Below, one piece after another: positions 10,499-20,102 of a stretch of DNA of 64,000 nt (its first letter is position 1; the number at the start of each line of letters is the position of its first letter). Origin of the DNA: an uncultured Verrucomicrobiae bacterium (GTDB lineage: Bacteria; Verrucomicrobiota; Verrucomicrobiia; Chthoniobacterales; JAFAMB01); the NCBI GenBank assembly GCA_963762565.1, contig CAVXLD010000001.1, forward strand, positions 608,001-672,000. Reading direction: 5' to 3'. The notes beneath the pieces were generated by a model that saw only the letters and a list, made by a program, of their open reading frames with translations, had not been told where the DNA came from and made no database searches. Position numbers and translations under genes: made by a program.

Positions 10499-11536
10499 AT
10501 GAAAAAGATTCCGTTCCCCTCGGTCCTCCTCCTCTTGTTGATGTTCGCGGCCGAAAATCTTCGCGCAGCGACATCGACCACGCTCGCGATCTCAATTCGA
10601 ACTTTATCCAGTCCTTATCAAGTCATGTACAAGGTCGGGGCTGAAGCGTACGCCAAACAGGTCGGTCTCCCGCTTGATGTCTTGACCACGGAAGCCAATA
10701 GCCAAAAAGGATTGACCGACATTAAAGCCGAAGTCGCCCGCACCGGAGCCAATCTGGCTTTTTACATTGATCCGAACGACGCGGCAGATGCAGTTCCGAT
10801 CGCGAAGACGCTGGATGCGGCCGGCGTTTATTTCGTCACTTGGTGGAGTAAACCCGCGGACGTAAAGGTTTGGGATTATCCGCATTGGATTGCGCATATC
10901 TCATTCGACGGCGTTGCCGCAGGGACTTACACGGCGACGGAGCTCTTCAAGACGTTTAAAACACCAGGGCAAGGCAAGATTATCGCTTTACAAGGACGCC
11001 TCGGCGACACGCCGAATGCCGAACGTTGGCAAGGTCTGCAACAGGTGCTTGCGCAAAACCCGGGAGTGAAATTGCTGCAGTGGGAATCTGCCATGTGGGA
11101 CCGAACAAAAGCTTATAACAGCACGAAAGCCATGTTGGTGGCTCACCCCGATATCGATGGGATTTGGACAGCGAATGACGACATGGCGATGGGCGCCATT
11201 CAAGCGCTCAAAGAGGCGAATTTAGCAGGCAAGGTTCTGGTTACAGGTTGCGACGGGATCCCGGAAATGTTCGATGCGATCAAGAGTGGCCTTGCGGCAG
11301 CGACGATTTTTAACGATGGCAAGTATCAAGCCGAATTAGGCCTCGCGATGTCTTTAGCGGCTAAACAAGGGAAACTCGACGTGAAATCGTTGCCGCATGA
11401 CCGCCGGCAATTCGAAATTCCGGCCGTTAATGTGAATCGCGAAAATGTAAATCAGGTGGTGCACGACTATATTGAGAACACCCCGACTTACGACCTCAGC
11501 GACTTTTTCGCGAAGTGGTCAAAAGCGATTCCTTGA
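10499..11536 (+). CDS. sugar ABC transporter substrate-binding protein (RbsB-like)
   Basis: Signal peptide; ANDDMAMGA and VTGCDG motifs; first gene of the ABC operon. Confidence 0.9.
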   Translation: MKKIPFPSVLLLLLMFAAENLRAATSTTLAISIRTLSSPYQVMYKVGAEAYAKQVGLPLDVLTTEANSQKGLTDIKAEVARTGANLAFYIDPNDAADAVPIAKTLDAAGVYFVTWWSKPADVKVWDYPHWIAHISFDGVAAGTYTATELFKTFKTPGQGKIIALQGRLGDTPNAERWQGLQQVLAQNPGVKLLQWESAMWDRTKAYNSTKAMLVAHPDIDGIWTANDDMAMGAIQALKEANLAGKVLVTGCDGIPEMFDAIKSGLAAATIFNDGKYQAELGLAMSLAAKQGKLDVKSLPHDRRQFEIPAVNVNRENVNQVVHDYIENTPTYDLSDFFAKWSKAIP

Positions 11537-11576
11537 GACAATTGAGGGGAAGAACAAAAGAAAGAGCCAACCGCAG

Positions 11577-12581
11577 ATGTACGCAGATGCTACCGCTAGC
11601 CCGGCGTCTTCGGTCAAGAAGGTGCAACAATGGTTGCGGCGAAGCGGAATCAGTGGCCAGTTATTTTGCCTGGTCTTGATAATGGCCATCTTCGGCATTG
11701 GCACTGGTGGCAAATATCTTTCCTGGGCAAATCTGCAGGTGATCCTCAGCCTGGCCGCTATCCCGGCTATCATTGCGGTCGGGGTACATCAGGTTGTCAT
11801 TCTGGGGGGAATCGATCTTTCCGTGGAAGGAGTGGTGGCGCTATGCGTCGTCGTCGTGGGAACGCTGGAGCAGAATCAATTCAACTCGAACAACGTCGGT
11901 CTTTGGATTATCCCGATCACCCTAATTCTCGGTGGCCTGGCGGGCACCGTGAACGGCCTGCTGAACACGAAATTGAAAATACCGTCTTTCATTGGGACGC
12001 TCGGCATGAGCTGGGTCCTTTGGGGGCTGGCGGTATTCGCGAGCAAAGGCCAAACGATTCCCTTGGTCGACAGTCCCCTGAGCGGCATGGTTAATGGCTC
12101 GTTGTTCGGGATTCCAGATCTGGCGCTAGTGGCGTTGGTGCTCGTCATCATCGTGCAGACGATTGAAGATCGGACCCGGTTTGGGCGTTATCTTTATGCC
12201 ATTGGCGGGGACGAAGTTCTTTCCGGACAGGCTGGTGTCAAAGTCGCTACCACCAAGATCATGGTGTTTGCGCTGGCCGGAATGTTCTACGGTCTGTCGG
12301 CGCTGTTTCTGGTGGTGAAACTCAACAGCGCTCAGGCTATCACTGGCAACAATCTGCTTTTTCCCGCGATCACGGCGGTGGCGGTAGGCGGAGTCGCGTT
12401 GACCGGTGGAATCGGCGGCGCCAAGAACGCAGCTCTCGGCGCCCTAATTGTAACCGCGCTAAACGACGGATTAATCCTTCTCGACGTGAATCCCTACGCG
12501 CAAGAAGCAGTCAACGGAGTTGTCCTGGTGATCGCCGTGGCGTTGACCATCGATCGGAAAAAGCTGGGCTTTATCAAGTAA
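11577..12581 (+). CDS. sugar ABC transporter permease (RbsC-like)
   Basis: GGIDLSV, IPSFIGTLG, FGRYLYAIGG and ITAVAVGG..LTGG motifs; start codon uncertain. Confidence 0.9.
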   Translation: MYADATASPASSVKKVQQWLRRSGISGQLFCLVLIMAIFGIGTGGKYLSWANLQVILSLAAIPAIIAVGVHQVVILGGIDLSVEGVVALCVVVVGTLEQNQFNSNNVGLWIIPITLILGGLAGTVNGLLNTKLKIPSFIGTLGMSWVLWGLAVFASKGQTIPLVDSPLSGMVNGSLFGIPDLALVALVLVIIVQTIEDRTRFGRYLYAIGGDEVLSGQAGVKVATTKIMVFALAGMFYGLSALFLVVKLNSAQAITGNNLLFPAITAVAVGGVALTGGIGGAKNAALGALIVTALNDGLILLDVNPYAQEAVNGVVLVIAVALTIDRKKLGFIK

Positions 12582-12593
12582 CACAGTCCGATC

Positions 12594-14138
12594 ATGCAGG
12601 AAGGACCCAAACAATTAGACCCCAACGATCTCGTTCTTGAATTACGCCGGATTACAAAATCGTATCCCGGGGTAATTGCGCTGGATGGAGTTGATTTAAG
12701 CATCTATCACCACGAACTGGTCGGGCTCGTCGGCGAGAATGGCGCCGGTAAATCGACTCTGATGAAGATCCTGATCGGCGTAGTGCAGCCAGATGAAGGC
12801 TCTTATAAGATCCGAGGAAAGGTGGTCAGATTAAAAGATGCAAGTCATGCCATTCGCCTCGGCGTAGGTATGGTCTTTCAAGAGGGTTCTCTGATTCCGA
12901 ACCTCTCGATCATGGAGAATTTGTTTCTCTGCCATGAGACCGAGTTTCAAAAGTTCGGAGTTCTGTCGAAGCGAGCGATGCGCCAAGCCGCCCTGGCTGC
13001 GCTAGCCCCGGTTAAAGTAACGGACGACCTGGATCAGCCGATTTCAGAGACCACGCCTGCGACCCGGCAGATGGTGGAGATCGCCCGTCTGCTTTGGCTC
13101 TCCCGGTTATACGGGCAAAAAAATCCCGTGCTTATTTTGGACGAACCGACCACGGTTCTGACCGACCAGGAGCGCGAAACTCTGTTCACGATCCTGCATG
13201 AGATCACGAATCAAGCTTCCATCATTCTCATCTCTCATCGGTTACAGGAAATCGTAGAGAACTCGGACCGGATTGTGATTCTGAAAGACGGCAAGAATGT
13301 AACCGAGTTCAGCTCCGCCAACGCCAGGATCCCTGAGATCGAGAACTTGATGGTGGGACACACTTTCTCGGAGGACCGCTACCGGGAGAGCGAACAAATC
13401 GAGCCGGGGACACAGATAGTTCTCAAGGTGGAGAAGCTTAGTAGAAAGGGGAAATTTCAACCCATCGATTTCGTGGTGAAAGCGGGCGAGATCCTGAGTT
13501 TGGTGGGACTGGTCGGCTCAGGCAAAGAAGAGTTATGCCGATGTATTACCGGATTAGACAAACCGGATACCGGTTCAGTTAGCATTAAAGGGAAACGATT
13601 TACACCAGGTTTTCCGAGCGAAGCGGTTCGTCTCGGAATCGGTCACGTCCCAATTGATCGGCGAAACGACGGGCTGGCATTAGGGATGAGCATTGCCCAG
13701 AATGTGAACTTGCTGGTGTTGGAAGAGCTCAAGACTGGAGGCTTTGTCAACCCGCTGCGAGAAAGACAGAACGCCTTAAGGTGGATCAACGAATGTAGGA
13801 TTAAATGCCCCTCCCCAGCGACCGTGTGCGGAAACTTGAGCGGGGGTAACCAACAAAAAGCGGTGATCGCCAAGTGGCTGACATCCCAAGTTCAGTTGCT
13901 GGTACTCGACCATCCAACGCGGGGCGTCGACGTGGGAGCGAAAGCAGAGATCTATCGACTGATTCGCAAACTCGCGGATGACGGCCTCGGAATGATCACT
14001 ATGTGCGATACGTTAGAAGAAGATATCGGCCTCTGCAGTCGAATGCTGATCATGAAAGATGGCCGGTTAGTCCGCGAAATTAACTGCCCCTCCTTCCAAA
14101 AACCTACCCCAAGCGAAATTATTAGTTCGATCGTGTAA
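12594..14138 (+). CDS. sugar ABC transporter ATP-binding protein (RbsA-like, two NBDs)
   Basis: GENGAGKST Walker A, LDEPT, LSGGNQQK and PTRGVDVGAK motifs. Confidence 0.95.
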   Translation: MQEGPKQLDPNDLVLELRRITKSYPGVIALDGVDLSIYHHELVGLVGENGAGKSTLMKILIGVVQPDEGSYKIRGKVVRLKDASHAIRLGVGMVFQEGSLIPNLSIMENLFLCHETEFQKFGVLSKRAMRQAALAALAPVKVTDDLDQPISETTPATRQMVEIARLLWLSRLYGQKNPVLILDEPTTVLTDQERETLFTILHEITNQASIILISHRLQEIVENSDRIVILKDGKNVTEFSSANARIPEIENLMVGHTFSEDRYRESEQIEPGTQIVLKVEKLSRKGKFQPIDFVVKAGEILSLVGLVGSGKEELCRCITGLDKPDTGSVSIKGKRFTPGFPSEAVRLGIGHVPIDRRNDGLALGMSIAQNVNLLVLEELKTGGFVNPLRERQNALRWINECRIKCPSPATVCGNLSGGNQQKAVIAKWLTSQVQLLVLDHPTRGVDVGAKAEIYRLIRKLADDGLGMITMCDTLEEDIGLCSRMLIMKDGRLVREINCPSFQKPTPSEIISSIV

Positions 14139-14151
14139 CCGCGAAAACTTT

Positions 14152-14404
14152 CCAACCGCAGATGAACGCAGATTTACGCAGATAAAGATTAAAGCATTAA
14201 CCGCGAATGGACACGAATGAACGCGAATATGCAGGGCGCTAAAGCAGTAACGGATTCATCTGCCGTTTGCTTTTTCTTTGCTTCCAAATCGCAGCCTGTC
14301 CGACGAAGCATCAGCTCCGCGATCTCGTTAGTTCCACACGTCGCGACGTCGGATGCATTCGCGGTTGATTCTTCCGTCTCTTATCTGCGTTCATCTGCGG
14401 TTGG
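14152..14404. repeat. nested inverted 9-mer-arm element inside the ABC operon
   Basis: Outer ccaaccgcagatgaacgcagatttacgcagataa pairs with ttatctgcgttcatctgcggttgg; inner aaccgcgaatggacacgaatgaacgcgaat pairs with cattcgcggtt. Confidence 0.8.
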
Positions 14405-14422
14405 CTTGATTCTTTTGTCTGA

Positions 14423-15442
14423 GTGATGCAGAAGAAAATGATTGAGGTGCAAAGGCAAGAACCAGGTGGGATAGCAGGCACATCTCGAACTGCTGGCGCT
14501 CGACGTAAGCGGGCCCGGGTTCCGGCGATTTATTTTTCGCTCGGGTTGTTGTTACTGCTGGTCGTGGTTTTCACTATCGGCAATGGGAATTTTATTTCCC
14601 CCTACAATCTCAATACCATTGCCAGTTACAGCGCGATTCTGTTGATGGTTGGTCTCGGCCAAATGAACCCGATTTTGATCGGGGGAATTGATCTCGCCGT
14701 GGGTGGTCTGATCTCGTTCATTTCGGTGATCTTTATTACCTTGTTGAAGATAATCGGACCCTGGGCGTTTCCCATCTGCTTGGTCATCGCCGTGGCGTTC
14801 GGATTCGTGAACGGCAATATTCTTACCCGGATCAAAATCCCCTCTTTTATTGCTACCCTTGGCACCGGAGGAATCCTCACCAGTCTGGCCCTTTTGATTT
14901 CGCCTTTGCCAGTCGACCTACCGCCCGCTGATTACGGGTTGTTGGGACTGGTTAATGGAAACATTCTGGGAGTGCCGAACCTGCTGCTACTGATGGTAGC
15001 CGGTTTCTTGTTTTTCTATCTGGTTCTGCGGTTCACCGTGTCCGGCCGCAGAATTTACTACACCGGCAGCAACATCAAGATGTCTTGGATGTCAGGAATC
15101 GACATCGTTAAAACGCGTAACCTGGCTTTCGCACTTTCGGGTCTGGGAGCAGGGATTGCTGCTATCATGTTATCTTGTACGCAGTTCGGCGGCGACCCGA
15201 CCTCGGGCAATGTCTATATCCTGCAATCCATCGCCGCGGTCGTGGTGGGTGGGACCGCCCTGACCGGCGGCACCGGCGGACCGATTAATACGGTCATTGG
15301 AACCTTGATTCTCGCGGTCATGGAAAACGGGATGAACGTGATCGGAGTAGACGCCTACTTCCAGCAGAGCATTCTGGGGCTCGTCATCATCATCAGTGTG
15401 GCCCTAACCTTCGACCGTAGTAAAACGGCGACGATTAAGTAA
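14423..15442 (+). CDS. sugar ABC transporter permease (second)
   Basis: GGIDLAVG, IPSFIATLG and SIAAVVVGGTALTGG motifs. Confidence 0.9.
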   Translation: MMQKKMIEVQRQEPGGIAGTSRTAGARRKRARVPAIYFSLGLLLLLVVVFTIGNGNFISPYNLNTIASYSAILLMVGLGQMNPILIGGIDLAVGGLISFISVIFITLLKIIGPWAFPICLVIAVAFGFVNGNILTRIKIPSFIATLGTGGILTSLALLISPLPVDLPPADYGLLGLVNGNILGVPNLLLLMVAGFLFFYLVLRFTVSGRRIYYTGSNIKMSWMSGIDIVKTRNLAFALSGLGAGIAAIMLSCTQFGGDPTSGNVYILQSIAAVVVGGTALTGGTGGPINTVIGTLILAVMENGMNVIGVDAYFQQSILGLVIIISVALTFDRSKTATIK

Positions 15443-15462
15443 CGAAAAGATCACAACGACGG

Positions 15463-15628
15463 GAATAGCCGCCAAAAGGCTAGAGCCTCGCGCAGAGGAC
15501 GCAAAGGACGCTACGAAAAGCAAGGAGGGAATGTGGGTTCTCCTGCCTTTCGTTGCGTCCTTTGCGTCCTCTGCGCGAGGTTTACTTCTCTTTCCTTTGC
15601 AATCTTTGCGCCTTTTTTGCGGCTATTC
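15463..15628. repeat. nested inverted repeat between convergent genes (may also act as terminator)
   Basis: 33-bp IR 15486-15518 / 15548-15580 (1 mismatch, 9-nt units cgcagagga/cgcaaagga) inside outer gaatagccgc...gcggctattc. Confidence 0.8.
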
Positions 15629-15715
15629 TGTCCTGGCTCTGCTTTTGGACTCCAGGTTACTGGCTCCTCTCCCGCTATCCCCCTCGAATTCTCCGACTTC
15701 GCAAAGCCGCAAAAA

Positions 15716-18700
15716 TCACTCCTTGATGAAATCGAAGATGCCGGCTCGGGAACCTATCCGTTTGCCTGTGCCGCGATTGCCCTTGAATTGGGCGGCTATA
15801 TCATAACTATACGGCGTTCCCGGCCGTGCGTTGTTCATACTGTACTGCTGTGGCCCCGTGGTACCGGCGAGATGTAAGATAGCGTTCCCATCCGGTTTTA
15901 TTTCCCCCCTGATTTGGAAGTGGCTGTGAACGTTGTACTCCGCGTATAGAACTCCGTTCTTAATCGTAGCTGCAAAATTAATGTGATAGCCCTTCGCAAC
16001 CGCACCGGTAACAGGATCTTTGTAATCGGACGTTTCCATTGTGACTGACCACAGGCCATCGAAATTGCCGGTTGCCCGCTGCTCAGTTGGGGTTGCGACG
16101 GGGCGACTTGGAGTTGGCGCCACTAACGCTAGTTTCCGCGAAGGTGTTGGCGTCGCGACACGAGTGGAGTTGGCTGTGGGGGTGGCAACCACTAAGGGAC
16201 TCGGCGTGGAGATGGGGCTGGGAGCCGAAGTTGTGGTCGCAACCGAAGGAGTCGGCATCGCGACTACGAGTGGAGTGGTTGTCGGGGGTAGCGACAACCA
16301 CGGGACTCGGCGACGGTGCTGTCGGAGCAGGGGTCGGAGTGGCAAGCGCCACCGGCGGCGGAGCTTCGGGAGCGATCGGCGATGGTGTTGCCGTCAGAAC
16401 CAAAGGAGCCTGGGTTTCAGGTGTGGTCGGTCGAGGACCTAAAAAGCGAATCGCGCCGGCAATCCCGAGCGCCACAAGGAAGAGGGCCCCAACGATCGTC
16501 CAAATGAGCACCCTTCGTTTTGGACGGGGCGCAGCAACCGGCGCCGGAGAAAGCTGGACGGCAGACGGCTCCGCGGATGCTGATACCGAATTGGTGGTTG
16601 GTCGGGCCGGTGTAGCGATGCTGTCATTCAGCGCATTCCAGAACTCCTGGCAGGTGCGATACTTGCCGTCGCGGCCGACGCACGCGAGTCGCAGGATCTC
16701 ATTACTGGCCTGATCCAGGACAGGCAAAGGCGTATAGGTTTGCGCATCGATTCTCCGAGCCGGGGCCCGGCCCCCGAGCAGTTCGTACACCAGCCTACCA
16801 TAAAGACGCACTGCTTTGGTCCCCTGGATCCCCGCCTCTGCCTGCGTCATAGAAAGAACTCGGCTGGCAGGAACGATGGTCTGACGATCCCAGCCGTTCC
16901 GGCTCCGGAACAGCAACGGAGCTACACTCAAAGGGTTCAGTTTCAAATGGCATTTACTCAATCCTTCGGCGTCACCCTTGGCTACAGCCTCAAACCCCTC
17001 GCCTTCGACCGGGCAGACGACCAAGATTTTTCGAACACTGACATCCACCAGCCCCAGCCCTTGACCAGCAACGAAATCGAGGGTCTCGGCCAATGGGTTA
17101 AGTAGGGCTCGCAGCTCAACCGGCTTTAACGACTGCCGCCATCGGAGGAGGTCGTAGAGCCCAAAGCCATGGACCCATTCACGCACAATGCAGGGGCCCT
17201 GCGAGGAGCGCTCCAGCCGGTAATAACGAATTAGATGCGGGTGCGTGCCTTGTTGGATCACGCCCAGCTCGTTCTCCACCAAATCAAGCAGCGCCGGGTC
17301 GGCGGCGATGCCCGGATGCAACAGTTTAATGCCCACTTCCGAGGGTTGATTGCTTGTGTTCTGCTCATCCATCGCCCGAAAAAGGCGCCCTCCGTTTCCC
17401 TCCCGCTCCTCCGACATCAGCCGATACCGGTCAGCCAGCAGGGTTCCCGTCTGCACCGCCAGGTAATTATCAAACAACGGCGAAGCCAGGGGTGCTCGGG
17501 CAATTGGTTCCAGATCCTCTTTTTGTTTCTCGCCGGGCAAAGCCTCCTTCTCGGCTTCGCTAACCACGGATCGCGAGGACGCGATCCCTCCCGGGGTTAT
17601 GATCCGTTCAGGCACGGCTCCGAACTCGGCTGAAAGCCGAGTCGCCGCTGCCTCAATCGCCTCTTGCAGTTCCGCAGGCGTTTGGAACCGGTCATTCGGA
17701 CTCTTTTCCAGCATCCGGCGAAGCACTGAAATCACCGGTTCCGGTACCTGAGTCAATTGATCGAACGGCGGAGGTTTGATCATCTGTGCGACCATCACTT
17801 CTCCGACTGAGCCGGAGAAAGGCCGCTTCCCGCTGAGCAGATACCAAAGCGTTACCCCAAGAGAGTAGATATCAGATCGGACATCGAGTTTTTTCGCTTC
17901 GCATTGCTCCGGGCTGGCAAACGCTGGGCTACCGACGAAGTCCTGGGTTCGAGTGATTTTCGCGGCATCCAAGGTGTCCGCTCCTGCGCCTTTGGCGAGA
18001 CCGAAATCAATGAGTTTAACGTCCAGAGAGCCTGACCGGTTCGCGATCGCCATGATATTGGACGGTTTGATGTCTCGGTGAATCAGCTCATGGGCCTGGG
18101 CCGCTTCCAAGGCTTGAGCAACTTGCAACGCCACTCGGAGCGCGGTCGCCGGTGAGACGGGACCATGCCCGGCGATATAACGTTCCAGATCTTCACCCTC
18201 GACAAACTCCATGGCGTAGAAGTAGGCATCTTGCTCTTCCCCGAATTGAAAGATGGTCGCGACATGGGGGTGATGAATTAAGGCGGCGGCTTGGGCTTCT
18301 CGCAGAAACCGATGTTTGGCTTGCCGGCTTTGCAATAGCTCGCCTGCGATCACCTTCAGCGCGACCGGCCGATTCAGCACTGTGTCGATCGCCTTGTAGG
18401 TAACACCCATACCGCCCTTGCCCAGCCGGAACAGGGACCCATCCGGGTGGCGCAGGATCCGGAAATGCGCAAACGTTTCTGGAGTCGCCTCCTCTGCCTC
18501 CTCGTCTTCGGGTTGCCTTGAAGAGTCCTTTAGTAATGCGCGCGCATGTTGGAGCAGAGTCGGGAAATGTTGGGAAGGGGGCAGAGGCCGAAAGCCGTCG
18601 ACCCATTGGTCAGCTCCCAGAAAATAGGCTAGATCGTCCGCGGGTGCGATCGGTTCGACTCGGAACGTTAACAGATGGTTCTGGCAATGAGCCGCCCGTT

Positions 18701-18977
18701 CCACCTCTCGCAACACATGCTTGGAGCGATTGGATGCCTGGGTTAGGACGAGAAGCAAGATGCGAGCCTCGCGAATTGCCTGGGTGATTTGCCCGGAGTA
18801 AGGGCGACCACCTTGTACATCACGGGGCGCAATCCAACAACGGACATCGCCGGCTTCGAACGACGCGCAGATGGCATCAGCGATAACCTGGTTTTCGCTG
18901 GCATAAGAAATAAAAACCGTATGTGGCCATCTGCCTATGTTCGCTGGACGCGCCAACGGCGTATTCGCTTCGCTCAT
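15716..18977 (-). CDS. TIR + Ser/Thr kinase + degenerate kinase + TM + Pro/Thr linker + small extracytoplasmic domain; frameshift at G5 run 16284-16288
   Basis: N-terminal VFISYAS...CWIAPRD...REVE (TIR); GKGGMG, VALK, HRDIKPSN, DFG, SPE (kinase); second kinase-like region lacks HRD/DFG; TM VLIWTIVGALFLVALGIAGAI; ORF 15716-16345 continues the VVATPT repeats. Confidence 0.85.
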
Positions 18978-19123
18978 GAATCGAAGTCTTTGTTAATAGA
19001 CGACAGAACAGAACGCGCTTGCGTTGAAAGATGTTCAGCCTCTGGCTCATGAGGTTAGCGACTAGGCCCAAAAGATTCAATATCTTACACCACTCGATCC
19101 ACGGCTGTAACCGGGTGATAACG

Positions 19124-19224
19124 GAGGCCGATGAGGGGTCGCCACCCGTGGAGCGCTGCCTCGCTTGCGAGGCCGATGAGGGGTCGCCAACCGTGAGAGC
19201 ACTGCCTCGCTTGCGAGGCCGATG
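19124..19224. repeat. tandem REP-like units (~45-bp period, about 2.2 copies)
   Basis: gaggccgatgaggggtcgcca.ccgtggagcgctgcctcgcttgc repeated; contains the GCCTCGC-TT-GCGAGGC hairpin. Confidence 0.8.
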
Positions 19225-19278
19225 GTGATCAGAGAGACTTTGTCGCCTTCCGGGATCTTAGGGATTGTTTTCCATGCC

Positions 19279-19298
19279 GTGACACGCTACCGTGTCAC
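19279..19298. promoter_or_regulatory. palindromic putative TA operator
   Basis: GTGACACG-ctac-CGTGTCAC directly upstream of the antitoxin gene. Confidence 0.5.
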
Positions 19299-19303
19299 AC
19301 ATC

Positions 19304-19627
19304 ATGGATGTTAAAAAAGACACACCGAAAAGGCGGCTCCGCATGCCAAAGACATCGGTAGGCAGCACGAATCTCAAGGCCGTGAAATCGGTCAGCATTC
19401 GGGCGCTTCGAACGGATTGGCGCCGCGTGAAAGCCATGGTCACGCGAGGAGCGAAGGTTGTGGTTACCGACAATGGGGTCCCCATCATGCAACTTGTTCC
19501 ACTCGAGCAGCCTGTCGGCGCCGAAATCGATTGGCTCGCACACCTGGAGAAGATCCGAGCAATCGCGGGAGGCAAAACCACAGGTGGAAACGCTGTCTTG
19601 GAGGAGAGAGCGTCTTATAAGTCGTGA
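19304..19627 (+). CDS. Phd/YefM-type (prevent-host-death) antitoxin
   Basis: VSIRALR...G..VVVTDNGVPIMQLVP Phd-like pattern; GTGA overlap with the PIN gene; start uncertain (19304 or 19343). Confidence 0.75.
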   Translation: MDVKKDTPKRRLRMPKTSVGSTNLKAVKSVSIRALRTDWRRVKAMVTRGAKVVVTDNGVPIMQLVPLEQPVGAEIDWLAHLEKIRAIAGGKTTGGNAVLEERASYKS

Positions 19628-20064
19628 CCTACTTCGATACAAGTGTTCTGGTAGCCTTTTACGCAAACGAAAGGTCCGCGCTGGAAGCAGCGAGGTCCCT
19701 GGCTGGCAGCCACCATCCGGCGCCATTTAATCGTATCTTGGAGCTCGAGCTCCGAAATGCGATCCGGCGCAAGGTTCCCAGGAGGGAAGCGACACCCACT
19801 CAAGTCCGCGGTTTTCTACGCCAGTTAGTTTCTGATTTGACTCAAGGAATTCTCGCGTGGCAGGTATTCGACTTCGACCGAGTATTTGATCGGGCTGAGA
19901 CCCTTGGCACCCGATTCACCGAGCAGCTCGACACTCGCTCATTCGATATACTTCATGTCTCGATTGCAATCGAGACCGGCTGTGACGCGTTTCATACTTT
20001 TGACCACGACCAGAGACGACTCGCTGCCGCCGCTGGCCTCACCACCAATCCGATTACTCGGTAG
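19624..20064 (+). CDS. vapC: VapC PIN-domain toxin
   Basis: YFDTSVLV, ELELRNA, RSFDILHV and FHTFD..Q..LA motifs. Confidence 0.88.
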   Translation: MTYFDTSVLVAFYANERSALEAARSLAGSHHPAPFNRILELELRNAIRRKVPRREATPTQVRGFLRQLVSDLTQGILAWQVFDFDRVFDRAETLGTRFTEQLDTRSFDILHVSIAIETGCDAFHTFDHDQRRLAAAAGLTTNPITR

Positions 20065-20102
20065 GAAAGCTGCCGGATCATGCGCTTCGTCTTGGCTATT
20101 GG

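Noticed and set aside
16284..16288. Programmed frameshift or phase variation in the TIR kinase
   Set aside because: Only a 5-nt homopolymer in an assembly with many indels; sequencing error is more parsimonious.
19124..19224. Possible mini CRISPR array
   Set aside because: The whole 45-bp unit repeats with no unique spacers, no cas genes are present, and the unit matches the dispersed REP family.
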